DNA from: Lepidodermella squamata
Taxonomy: Eukaryota > Animalia > Gastrotricha
NCBI GenBank assembly: GCA_047495785.1
Contig: JBLDXI010000013.1
Location: 2,046,001-2,110,000 of the forward strand
Length of the DNA stretch: 64,000 nt
Direction of reading: 5' to 3'
Below the pieces are notes generated by a model. The model was not told the origin of the DNA. It saw only the letters and a program-made list of their open reading frames with translations, and did not search any database. This document shows, piece by piece, positions 35,460 through 47,921 of the stretch. Each line of letters opens with the position of its first letter. Position 1 is the stretch's first letter. A program made the translations under genes and the position numbers.

Positions 35460-38400
35460 CTACGTATCAGTTGGTAAATCATCGGAAATATTCTCGATTG
35501 TTACATCTGAAAGGTCAAATAAGGTTTCCTCCCGAACTGAGCTTGTGATTCCAAGATCTTGAAGGAACTTCGCTGGGCTTCGGAAGACCAGAATGTTGCG
35601 ATTCTCGCTCGGGGCAGAATTCGGGCTCCATTTCAGGAAAACCAACTTTGAGTTCCAATCAAGTAGAATTAGCCGAGGTTCATTGCTAGGAAGAGCCGAT
35701 TTCAGAACATCAATATCCGCTTGGCTCGAAAATCTCGAAGTCTTGTTTACAACACGGTCGAGAACGATTCGTTTTGAATCAGGCGAAAGCTTGAACGAAT
35801 GCAGCAAGGTTCCATTATTCCGCCTGGTGAAGGTTGCGATAGCCGACTGTTCGAGATTAGCTACCACGAAACCATCCGTTGTAGTCGATATTTGACGCGT
35901 AGTTATCAAAACAGGCCTGGTAGAAGTTGTACTGTCGCCCAGAAGCTGCATAAAGTTCTCAAAGGTCAGCTCAGACTTATCGAAATAGGTCTCTTGACCA
36001 GCGAAAATATCTATGCCAAGATCTTGCTGGAATCGTGTGGCACTTCGATAGATCAGCATTCTAGTTCTGTCATCATTGGTTGTGTTCGGTCCCCATCGGA
36101 TGAAGTAGAGTCGTGAATTCCAGTTGAAAACGGCCAATCTCGCCTCGTCGTTCGGAAGGTTTGCTTTGAACGATGCAAAGTCTTCCCTACTAGCCGATCG
36201 ATTTGTCGCATTGGCACTTTTATCCAAAACAATCCGCTTCGAGTCATTCGACAATTTGTAGGTGAAGAAAAGGCTTCTCGGGTAATTGCTTTGGAAGTAA
36301 GCGATAGTTGCAGGATCAGCTAAGGCTAGGTTGAACGGATCTGTAGTTGTGGTGATCAATAACTGAACTCGGGTAGTCGTCGAAATCGTGGTCGGTTGCG
36401 TTGTAGCATCCCCTACTGCTCCAACCATGAGCAAGAAACTGTCGAAGTTGAGTTCACTTCGATCAAAGTAAGTCTCCTGTCCAACGAAAATGTCTCGGCC
36501 AAGATCCTCCTGGAATTTAGCGGCACTTCTATAAATCAGCATTCTCGTTCGATCTTCCGGCGCTGTGTTTGGCGCCCATCGAATGAAAAGCAACCTTCCA
36601 TTCCAGTTTAATATAGCTAAGCGGCTGTCATTAGCAGGCAGCGAAGCTTTGAATCGATCAAAGTCCTGTCTTGTAGCTGTTTGGTTCGTTTTATTTAACC
36701 TGCTTTCCAGCACAATAGACCTTTGATCGTTCGTTAGTCTGTAGATTGAATACAGAGCTGTGGGTTGGCTGTCTTTGAATGATTTGACAGTATCGCTGCT
36801 AGCCTCAGCAATCCGGAATGGGTCACTTGTTGACATCGTAGAAGCTTGAGAAGTGGTAGTCGTCAAACGAGTCGTCGTCGGTGTGGTTACATCAGCAACG
36901 CTACTAACGAGTTGCAGGAAAGAGTCGTAGGTGAGCTCGCTCTTATCGAAGTAAGTCTCCTGTCCGATGAAGATATCTCTACCTAGGCTCTCTTGGAACT
37001 TCGCGGCACTGCGGTAGATCAACATTCGAGTCTGCTCTTCAGGGGCCGAATTTGGTGCCCAGCGAATGAAGAACAGCCTTGAGTTCCAGTTAATAATTCC
37101 AAGCCTGGATTCATTGACGGGGAGAGAACCTTTGAAAATTTCGAAATCCTGCCTTGTAGCGGCTTGACCTGTCTTGTTAGCAGATCTATCCAAGATTATC
37201 CGTCTAGAATCGTTCGAAAGTTTGTAAGTCGAAAACAGCAATCCTGCGTTCGATCCTTGGAATTCTCGAATCGTTGCTGCGTCAGCCTCAGCGATTCTAA
37301 ACGGATCAGGCGTAGGCCTTGTCGCGACTGTCGTGGTCTCACGAGTAGTGCTTGTTGTGGTGACTTCAGCTGCACTATTTACCAGCTGCATGAAATTGTC
37401 GTAGGTCATCTCGTTCTTATCGAAATACGTTTCCTGGGCAACAAACAAGTCTTTGCCGAGATCCTGCTGGAATCTAGAGTCACTACGGTAGATGAGAACC
37501 CGAGTGCTGTTTTCCGGTGCCGATGGAGGGCTCCAGCGTATGAAAATAAGTTTCGAGTTCCAGTCAACAACAACAAATCGACAATCATTAGCTGGAAGAG
37601 CAGCCCTGATCCGCTGGAAGTCTTCTCTAGCCAGAGTTCGCCCAGTTTTGTTCTCGACTTTGTCAATAACAATGTTCTTCAAATTGTCCGATAGCTTGTA
37701 AGTGATGAAGAGCGTTGAGGATTCATTCATCTGTTTGAAGGCTTCGATGGATCTTCTATCAGCTAAAGCAACCAAAAATTCATCGGGAATCGTTGTAGTC
37801 AGAGGAGTTATGAAAGTCGTTGTTGAGACAGTGACTGGGTTAGCAATTGATACCAGTAAATTGAAAGCATCAAAAGTAAGCTCTGAAGGGTCGAAGTAAG
37901 TTTCCTGGGCAGCGAACAAATCAATTCCGAGTGCTTGCTGGAATCGTGAATCACTTCGGTAAATCAAGATGCGAGTGTTGTTCTCCGGGGCCGTACTCGG
38001 GCTCCAGCGGATGAAAAGCAACTTATTCGACCAATTCACGACAACAAGACGAGAATCATTTGCAGGTAAAGCTGATCTGATTGCCCTGAAATCTTCTCGA
38101 GGGGTGGTTCCATTTGTTTGATTAACCACAGTATCAACAATGATCCTTCTCAAATTTGATGAAAGTTTGAAGCTTATCAATAAAGCGGACGATCTCAAGC
38201 TCTTGAATGTATCTATTGTTGCTTTATCCGCCTCAGCTATGATGAAATCATCGCGAGCCTCCGTAGTAGACCGTGCTGGAGATGGCGTGGTTGTTGAAGT
38301 AACTGGCTGGGCACTTTCGTACAATTGGACCAAGCTCTCGTAAGTAAGTTGGGAAGGATCGGTATAAGTATCCTCAGCAGCGAATGCAGTTCGGTCAAGA

Positions 38401-41400
38401 GCTTTCTGGAACTCGAAATCGCTTCGATAAATGAGCAGCGTTTGAGACTCCGGAGCTCCGTAAGGAATCCATCTCAAGTAGAAAATGCGCCCATTCCAAT
38501 TAATTATCGCGATGCGGCTGTCATTAGCAGGAAGAGAACTCTTCAGCTTATCAAAGTCACCACGTGTCACATTTTTCGTAGTCCTATTGGATACTTGGTC
38601 GACAACAATTGATTTCTGGTCGTCGGAAAGCTTGTAAGTCACGAATCTCAAAGTCGTGAAGATATCATTGAAAACTGCCAAGGCCTCAGCGGTAGCTTGA
38701 GCTGTTCCAGGCTCAGGGCGTGGTCTTAAAGTGACAGATGGGGCTAACCCAGCCATAGCTCGCAGAGAGGATTCCGTTGCTGTAGCCGTCGTGGTTTCCG
38801 GTACAAGTTGGCGAATGATATCAAACGTAAATTCAGCCAAATCGAATACACTTTCTTGCCCAGCGAACGTTCTCCTTCCAAGTACTGATTGGAACTCAAC
38901 ATCACCTCGGAACAAAATCAGTCGGTTGCAACTGTCCGGCGAAGTACTCGGCACCCATCTGAACAGAATCAACCGGCCGTTGTAATCGAAGACAACGACG
39001 CGGCAATCATCGCTAGGCAGTAAGTCTTTGAACTGATTGAAGTCGCGCCGGGTAGCTGGGCTGCCATTTTTCTCAATCACAGCATCAACAGTCAGTCGAT
39101 TTGTATCGGGCGATAATTTGAAGATGATAGTTCTCAACGTCGTGAAAATCGAGCGGAATGTGTCGAGGGCGGATGGTTCAATGAATGTCGGAGCTAAAAT
39201 GTCTGCAGTTGAAGTTCGCCCTGGGGCGGGTGTTGTAATCTCAGGCATAGTCAGACTAAGCTGCAGCAAGCTTTCAAAGGTCAGCTGATTCAGATCGATA
39301 TACGTCTCTTCCGCATCGAAAGGATCACTTCCCAATGCCTGCTGGAATCGAATATCACTTCTGAAGATCAGGATTCGAGTCCTAGCCTCAGGCGCAGCTG
39401 CCGGCATCCACCGAATGAAAATTATTCGCTTATTCCAGTTAAGAGTAATGAATCTCGGATCATCACTCGGCAACATCGACTTCATGGTAGCTATATCCTC
39501 AGGTGTCACTCGGTCGCTGGTAACGTTGTAAAGCTTATCAACAATAATAAGCTTATTGTCATCCGAAAGTTTGTAAATGATGAACCGAGTTGTTGAATTA
39601 ATGGTCTTGAACGCTCGAATGGCCGCAGGGTCGGCAAATGCGACGATGAATCCATCAGCTGAGTCGGGTTGCTGACCTGTTTTAGATTGCTGGGCCAAAC
39701 TAGCCAAGATTTGAAGTAAAGCTTCGTATGTGAAGTCAGATTGGTCGATGAACGTCTCCTGCGCCACAAATGGATGCTGGCCTAATGCCTGTTGGAACCT
39801 CAAGTCACTTCGGAAAATCAGTATTCTAGTTCTGGTCTCAGACCCGCCACTTGGCATCCATCTGAAGAATAGAAGTTGGTTATTCCAGTTCAGGACAATG
39901 AGACGAGGGTCATCGTTCGGCAAATCGGACTTGAGACGGTCGAAATCAGAATTATCAGCCAATTTTCCGGTTTTGTTTCCGATCTTGTCGACAATTATGC
40001 GTTTGTTGTCGTCCGATAATTTGAACAAAATATATCGAGAAGACGTGTTGATGGTTTTGAATGCCTCAATAGCCGACGCATCGGCAATGGCAACGAAATA
40101 ATCGTCGCCAACATTAGGCTCGGGGGTAGTTGTAACCAAGGGCTTAGCATTTTGTAGGAGAAGCAAAAAGTTCTCGTAAGTGAAATCCGCCGGATCGATG
40201 TAGGTCTCCTGGCCGGAGAATGGCTCCTTGCCAAGGGCTTGCTGGAATTTATAATCACTTCGGAAGATGAGGATTCGAGTTCTAGCTTCAGGGCCAGCAC
40301 TCGGCATCCATCTTAGGAAAAACAATCTGCCGTCCCAGTTGACAACAATGAGACGCGGATCATCAGATGGTAATGTTGCCTTGAGCCTATCAAAATCAGC
40401 CCTGGTTGCTTCTTGCGTCGTTCTATTGCCGATTCGGTCAACTGAGATTCGCTTCAAATCATCAGATAGCTTGTAGGTGATGAATCGAGTAGTTGAATTG
40501 ATGGTCTTGAAAGCCTCAATCGCAGCTTTATCAGCATAGGCTACCAAGAAATTATCTGGCGATGGGCTGGTGGTAGGAAGAGCAGCTGTTGGAGCTGGGC
40601 CAAGTCCGGAAATAAGTTCCATCAGAGCTTCGTACGTAAAGTCAGCTGGATCGATGTAAATATCCTGAGCAGCGAACGGAGCTCCGCCAATGGCTTGTTG
40701 GAACTTATAGTCACTCCTAAACATCAGGATTCGAGTTCTGCCCTCCGGAGCTTCACTCGGGATCCATTTCAAGAACAAAAGCCAACCGTTCCAGTTAACA
40801 GCAAGGATTCTCGAGTCGTCAAGCGGCAGTGAATTCTTCATTCGAGCGAACTCTTCCCTTGTAGCTTCCGGACCGGTTTTGTTGAAAATCTTGTCAACAA
40901 CAATTGTCTTGCCATCCTCGGACAGCTGGAAGCTGACGAAGCGAGACGAGCTGTTCAAAGTTCTGAATGCATCCAACGCAGCCTTGTTCGGGTAGGCAAC
41001 ATAGAAACCATCAAGTGAAATGCCACTGCCAGAGCTAGCGGTTTGTCTCTCAATCGTGTCCAGCAAACGTAATAAGCTCTCATAATTGAAATCATCAGGA
41101 TCGATGTAGGTTTCCTGACCATCAAAAGGTTCGCTTCCCAACGATTGCTGGAACTTGTAATCACTTCGCAGGATAAGGATTCTTGTTCTGTTTTCAGGCC
41201 CATTATGCGGCATCCATCGTAGATACAAGATTTTCGAGTTCCAGTTGAGGACAATGATACGAGGATCATCAAGAGGTAGAGCAGCCTTAAGCCGATCGAA
41301 TTCTGAGATTGAAGCCACGTCGCTGGTTCTGTTTGCAGTTCTGTCGATGATAATTTTCCTGCCGTCATCTGACAACTTATAAATGATGTATCTTGTGTTG

Positions 41401-43893
41401 TTTTTGATGCCTTTAAATGCATTAATCGCAGCCTGGTCACCGTAGGCAATGATGAAACCTTCGCCCAAAATGGGCTCAGGTGTTGTAGTCGATTGCTGCT
41501 GAAGATTCGCGAGAAGCGCAAGAAAGTTCTCATAGGTAAAATCATCAGGGTCGATAATTGTCTCCTGAACAGCAAACGGCTGGTTACCCAGGGCCTGCTG
41601 GAACTTGTAGTCACTTCGGAAAATGAGGACTCTAGTTCTTGGCTCAGGGCCAGCGCTCGGCATCCACCTCAAAAACACCATTAACGAATTCCAATTTATC
41701 AAAATGATGCGTGGATCGTTGATTGGTAGGGCAGCTTTGAGGCGGTCGAAATCCTCCCGACCAGCCGGGCGGGCAGTTCTGTTCCCGATTTGGTCGGTAA
41801 CAATTCGCCGCAAATCATCCGATAATTTGTAGGTAATAAATCGTGAGCTTGTGTTCAGAGTTTTATACGCGTCAATGGCCGCCTTTTCGGCAAAAGCTAT
41901 GATAAATCCTTCAGCGTCAATGTCTGGGGCTGGGCGTCTAGTTGTTGGCATGGCACCAAGGCCCTGAATTAACTGCATCAGGCTCTCGTAGGTAAAATCA
42001 GCCGGATCAATGTATGTTTCTTCGCCGTCGAATCTGTTCTTGCCCAAAGTTTCCTGGAACTTGTAATCGCTTCGGAAAATCAAAATTCGAGTTCTGTTCT
42101 CAGGCGCAGCGCCGGGCATCCACCTCAAAAACAGCGTGAATCCGTTCCATGATAAAACAATCACCCTGGGGTCGTCGCTAGGCAAGCTGTTCTTAAGCCG
42201 GTCAAAATCGTCTCGGCCAGCTATTGAGCCCGTCTTGTTACCGATTTTGTCGATAACAATCGTTTTCCCGTCATCAGATAGTTTGTACGTAATAAATTGA
42301 GTTGTTGTATTGATCTTTTTGAAGGCGTCAATCGCCTCCTTATTCGCGTAGGCTACAATATAGCCTTCGAGGTCACTTGTTTTAGGAGCAACAGTTGTCG
42401 TCGTTCTCAAACCGCCATTTTGAGCAAGTTGTAGCAAACTTTCATAGGTAACATCCGATTGATCGATGAAGGTATCTTGCGCCTGGAAAGGATTGCCGAG
42501 GCTCAGTTGGAACCTCGCGTCACTTCGGAAAATCAAAGTCCTCGCCCTGGCATCCGGGGCTGAAATCGGCACCCATTTCACGAGAATCATAACCCCGTTC
42601 CAGTCGAAAGCGACCATACGAGCGTCGTCATTCGGCAGAGCCGCCTTAAGACGATCAACATCGGCTCGCGAAACTTCACTGCCAGTCTTGTTAACAATCA
42701 AATCGATATTAATCGACTTGCTGTCGTTCGATAATTTGTAAACGATAAATCTTGAGCCGGATCTATTCATCGCCCTGAAAGCTTCCACGCCAGATTTGTC
42801 GAGTTGAGCCTCGACGAATGAGCCACTATCAGGCCGAGTTGTCGGCCTAGCTGGATCATCTTCCCAGGTAGCTTGGCCAAGGTCTTCTGACCGGCGATGG
42901 AAGTCGAGAAAATTCTCGTAGGTAAAATCGGCTGGGTCGATGTAGGTTTCTTGAGCTGTGAACGTGTTCTTACCCAAGCCAGCGCCAAATTTGTAATCAC
43001 TTCGAAACATTAAAATTCGAGTTGATTCCTCGGGGGCTCGAGGTGGGATCCATCTTAAAAAATAGATGCGAGATTCCCATTCAATAACAATGACCCTACT
43101 TCCGTCGAGCGGAAGTGAATTTTTCAGCTGTTCGAATTCTTCACGAGTCGGTTCAGGCCCAGTTTTCCGGCCCATGCTATCGATAATAATGCGATTTGTT
43201 GTCTCGTTAAGTTTGTAGACAATGTAACGGGTCGCGTTTCGCAGCGTTTTGATAGCGTCGACAGCCGCCTGTTCAGCGGCTGCGACCAAAAATCCGTCAC
43301 TTGCGTTGAAAACCGGCGTGAAAACGTCATTAGAAACGCGGCGAACGTTTCGAAACGCGTTAACAAAAGCTTCGTACGTAAACTCAGCCGGGTCGATGAA
43401 CGTCTCCTGCGCATTGATGAACCCGCGGCCCAAGTCTTGCTCGAAGCCGATATCGCTGCGAAAATTCAAAATACGAGTCGCATTATCCGGCGCTGATGTT
43501 GGCATCCATCTGATGAAAAATATGTAAGAATTCCAGTTGATGAGCGCTAAACGGCTTTCATTAGCCGGAAGTGACGCCTTCAGCCGGTCAAAGTCGTCAC
43601 GCGTTGCTGAATCGGACGATTTATTCACCAGTTGGTCGACAACAATGCGTCGAAGGTCGTCGGTTAATTTGAAGGTAACAAATCGCGTTGTTTTATTCAA
43701 CGCCCTGGCCGCAGCTATCGCCGACTTGTCGATGAAAGCGATTAAATATTCGTTAACGGGGGTTGTCGTTTGACCTTTAGTAGCCACTGGCCAGTTGCAA
43801 ATGACAGCTGTCTAAAAAAATTAATTTAAGGAGGGTGATTTATGATTGTTGTCAACTAACCACCAATAAAATGACGGATGGGTGAATTTTCAT
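35460..43893 (-). CDS. Giant putatively secreted protein (~2,794 aa) with 18 tandem ADF-H/cofilin-like domains
   Basis: Exon 1 43893-43861 (MKIHPSVILLV), intron 43860-43812 (gttagt...ttttag), exon 2 43811-35460 (TAVICNWPVATKG-QTT..) in frame with the 2775-aa ORF. 18 repeats of ~150 aa: AI.AFK....RFI.YKLSDD.K.I.VD...DF..LK..LP.DD.R...W...LFF.RW.P..APE..TR.LI.RS...F...LG....QET..D..E.TYE. Confidence 0.88.
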
Positions 43894-45203
43894 AATTGCT
43901 CCGGTAAATGCATGTATGAAAGACTACGACGACAATCGTAGTAGCCGTGGTGGGTGTAGTACACCGCCTTATCTATAGGTCTCGATTTACCTGTGTTAAT
44001 TCGCGCGTGTATTAATAATGTTCGTGTTGAGCCACGTGTGTTCTCGTAGGAAAATTATAATATATTTTCGCGTTTTCTTTTTCAACACCATATCATCATA
44101 TTATACTATTGAGAGATGAGGAATACCTGACTACAAGTGTCACGGCAGAAGTGATGTAATAATCTGCCTCGCAGTAGTTGTAAAAGAGTTAATGTACGGC
44201 GACTTTCGAGCCTTTGCAAAAAATCACTGGCACGAATGCGCGTTTATGAGGATAGCCGCATGCGACACGTTTTTGAACTCTCCGCTGATGAGATTATAAG
44301 CGGCGAGCGTGAAAAAAGCAGGCGCCACTCGTGCGGCCGTTTTTTTTTACACGCACAGGTGCTTTCATGTTATCATGCTGCCCAACCGCTAATATAAGGC
44401 AAAGCATCGCGCGTGGGTTCGTCGTTGTAGTAGGCGCTCTTTTGACTGCTATCTCTTACGGCCCAGTATAGGGCGTCCGCTATGTCAATTGCCTCAACTT
44501 TACTGCTTTTTTATCATCGTGGAGTAAAAGCCACTGGTAATACAAGATGCGGCGATTTTTTTCACCTGTCATTGGCATCAGATTAACGCTCGCGGTCATC
44601 GCAGATTGTTTAGAAAAGCCGACACGTGCACGTAATTTAGCTGACCACTTCAATGATAAATAGAATGAATTATAAGCTAGACATATTTCAAGACATTTTT
44701 AAGGGCATGCCGATATTTCCATTCATTCATTCTATCAAAAGGTGTTTTTCGATACGGGTCACAAAAAATGGTCCTTGCATTCAAGTCTTGAGCTTTGTAA
44801 TTTGACCTAGTAGATAGTCTTATAGTCACAGTCATTAAATTCATGATTCATCAGAAATGATGGAGGAAAATCAAGATCGAATAGGTATTAATCTATTCGG
44901 TAATGTTTTGTAAATTCATTAAATTCAAAATTATTGGTCGCACTTATGGAACGGAGTCGGATTTCCTTATTTTGATGCTTCTTAGAATGTCTAGAAATAA
45001 TTATCCAAATAATTAGAAATCAGAAAAAATTTGAGCAGAATTTACTGGGCGCTCTTCACTCCTTTCACTGATGAATTCGAGCAAAAATTGGTTAATTTGT
45101 AATCAAAGCCGGATGATGCAATTTTCCTTGATTGAAAAAAACGGAGTGCCTAATTGTACATAATTATGTGGTACATTTTCCCTACATATTTGTACATGAT
45201 CTA

Positions 45204-45865
45204 CCGTGGTGTGAGGTAACTTGGCCGGAAATGTGGTTTTTTGAAGCTATTACGTCTCCAGGTAACTTGTTTCGCTTTAAATTTTATACCAAAAAATCTC
45301 CGTTCAATTCTCAATCGATTGGTCAAAACCCGGTCGACGACCGATAAAATCAATCGATTCTGTTGAGGCTGAAGTGATCTTGACCAAGTGGGGTATAACT
45401 TGGCCGCATGGCTATTTCACTTGGCGACGAACCATCTGGCAGAAACTAGGGCGATGATTCATCACGCCCTCTCGTGTCTAGGCCAAATTTTAGCGCGCAT
45501 TTCTCACGTTAAAAATCGGCCAAGTTACCCCACAAAATTCAGGTAATTACCGCTCGCGATTGCGACATCAGTTTTCTGAGTTGAAGGTGTCATTTGAAAG
45601 ATATCACCGAGAGGAATCTTTCTGTGAAATCGGCGTCTTCCTCCGATCCCAGAATTCCATGTTAGAAATGCTCAACATCTCAGCGCCTGAAATGAACGCG
45701 TTGGTACTGACCTTCCTTGCCATTTAAAAAAACGATTTTCGAATTCGGTAAAAAGGGACTTGTGTAGCTCAGGTGGCAAGGAATGTTTCTATGTAAATTA
45801 TTTCGTGAAAAAGTTTTTTCTCGATGTGAAGGCGACTTTTACGGCCAAGTTACCCCACGCCACGG
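45204..45865. mobile_element. Tc1/mariner-type MITE (~660 bp, TA TSD)
   Basis: TIRs CCGTGGTGTGAGGTAACTTGGCCG / CGGCCAAGTTACCCCACGCCACGG, flanked by TA at 45202-45203 and 45866-45867; internal copies of the TAACTTGGCCG motif at ~45396 and ~45517. Confidence 0.8.
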
Positions 45866-46195
45866 TATGTACCTACACTTTTAAAAAAATTAATTTTTAA
45901 CGAAATATCTAATTTTAATTTTGATTTTATAAAATAATCTAATTTTACAAGCTTAGATTAAAACTCATTCGATTAGAACAGCACACGATTCGCCACTGTC
46001 GTTGAAGATGAGGAATTTGATGAAATGAGAAATGAGAGGAAACAATTATTGGCTTTCTCTCCCTTTATTCATTATATACTCACACAATTTGAATAGGAAC
46101 ATGGTTTAATTTGTTCATCAACAATACTGGCATCTTGCGAACATTGTCAAATAATGTTGTCAGTTGAATGACGATGACGCCAATTATTCTCATTT

Positions 46196-46438
46196 TCATA
46201 CTTGTCCGAGATCGCTTTTATTGTTGGGATCGCTGGGATTGCTGGAATTGCTGGGTTTGCTGGGAATGCTTTTGCGCCATTGATGGTAACAATACATGCC
46301 ACAAATCACCAAGATGAATGAACCGGCACCAATCAGGTAATAACCGAAGACGAGGCCAAGCTTCAGTTTAAACCAGCATCCGGCTATCAAAAGTAGAATG
46401 GAACAGCCAATGCAACCACCTAAAGATGACCCGCTCAT
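46196..46438 (-). CDS. Possible small two-TM membrane protein (80 aa)
   Basis: ATG 46438; two hydrophobic segments followed by Cys/aromatic and basic residues (CYHQWRK) and a polar tail; no homology recognised. Confidence 0.4.
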   Translation of the reverse strand: MSGSSLGGCIGCSILLLIAGCWFKLKLGLVFGYYLIGAGSFILVICGMYCYHQWRKSIPSKPSNSSNPSDPNNKSDLGQV

Positions 46439-47921
46439 TATAATAACGTGACACTTGAAATCACGATGTCCTACAGAAAACAAGAAATCGTATATTTATC
46501 ATAATAGTACCTATGATTTAAAACAGTGAAGACACATAACGCGGTTGCCAATATATGGCGCGGCGTTGTATTAAAAAGAAATACCAGGAATTAAACAAAA
46601 CGTTTTATTTTCTGAAACAGAATCCCTTCTCTCGTTCTTTCGAATAGAATAAAATGTATAGGTAGGAATATGACTTCCTCAAACTTTTTCCAGCATTTGA
46701 AACATTTTTCGTTGACATTTTGTGAATGTTGTTTATTGGCGACAAGTCCAACCAAGTAAGGCAAAGACTATGTTATATAGCGTAAGTGATGTGACATCGG
46801 CATCTAACTTAGCACGTAGGGTACCATTGAGCAAACGATCGACGAATAAGCCATTGCCGATTATACATCAATTGTAGACATTGCGTACAAAAACTCATGG
46901 AAAACCCGAAAATTTAGCAACTTTCAGCTTTTTCAGTGCCGAATATGGGAAAGGCTCGAATAGTCTGGAAATGCATCTTGCCTGAAATAATAATTAGGAT
47001 AGGATTAGGATTAGGATTAGGAAAGTATTTAGTAAATCGAATCTAACTTCGGATTCGTGTTCTACGGGGTCGAAGACCCAAGGCGTGCCTTGACAATGCT
47101 TCGGGTTCTTCGCAAGAATGGTTATGAAGTTTTATAGAGGGAGCTGTCAGGGGATATTGAATATATTTCTCTCCTTCAACTCAACGCTTGTCAGACCAGA
47201 AATTCCGGAATGATTTTTGGTAGGAGAAATCTGAAGGAGGCACGTTTTCGAACAGTGATAATTATTGCTTTTCGATCATTTTGCCGAATGAATCACGGCA
47301 AAAAGTGCGAAATATGATTCATGCTACAAAAACTAGCAATCAGCCCCTCGACATCGAAGTGATTGCTAAATTTGAAAGAAAAATAACGAAAGGCCGGCCG
47401 GAGATGTGGAAAACATGCCGATATAGCTCGAGAGTATACCTCAGACTAAAAATAGCAGAAAAAATCCAATGGCGTGTTTTGAGATAAATGGAGCTGAAAA
47501 GAAGCCCTGAATCACTTGTCAGTAGCGGTGACCTAGTACTTCTTATAGAGTTCTTGGCAAGTGGAAAACTGGTCACGCGTCCAAGAAAGCAAAAATTCAG
47601 GATGAATCACTTCGGCACACATGAGTACTAATACAGTGACAGATCTCTCTTTTTTATGCCCGACGCTTCCCAGCAATTAAGTCACGTGAGGTGGATATTG
47701 CCGGAAGCAGGACGCAGGACTTCTCGAAAAAATGCGATTTTTAAACGAGGTTTTTACCTATCATGGCTCAGTCTAAATTCATGTTCAAAGCCGAAATTTT
47801 CCCATCCGAAATACAGTATTTCACATTACAGGTTGTAACCACGCTTCAGATATCATAGCGAATTTTATTTTGTTTATTTTCATAGCTTCCTATTTTTTAC
47901 AAAATAATGAAATTTTACAAG

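Noticed and set aside
35593-43773. Many plus-strand and alternate-frame ORFs overlapping the giant gene
   Set aside because: Shadow ORFs of a long repetitive coding exon; no independent motifs.
46997-47022. (ATTAGG)n run resembling a telomeric repeat
   Set aside because: Only ~4 units, interstitial; treated as a microsatellite, like (GAGTAT)n at ~28438-28459.
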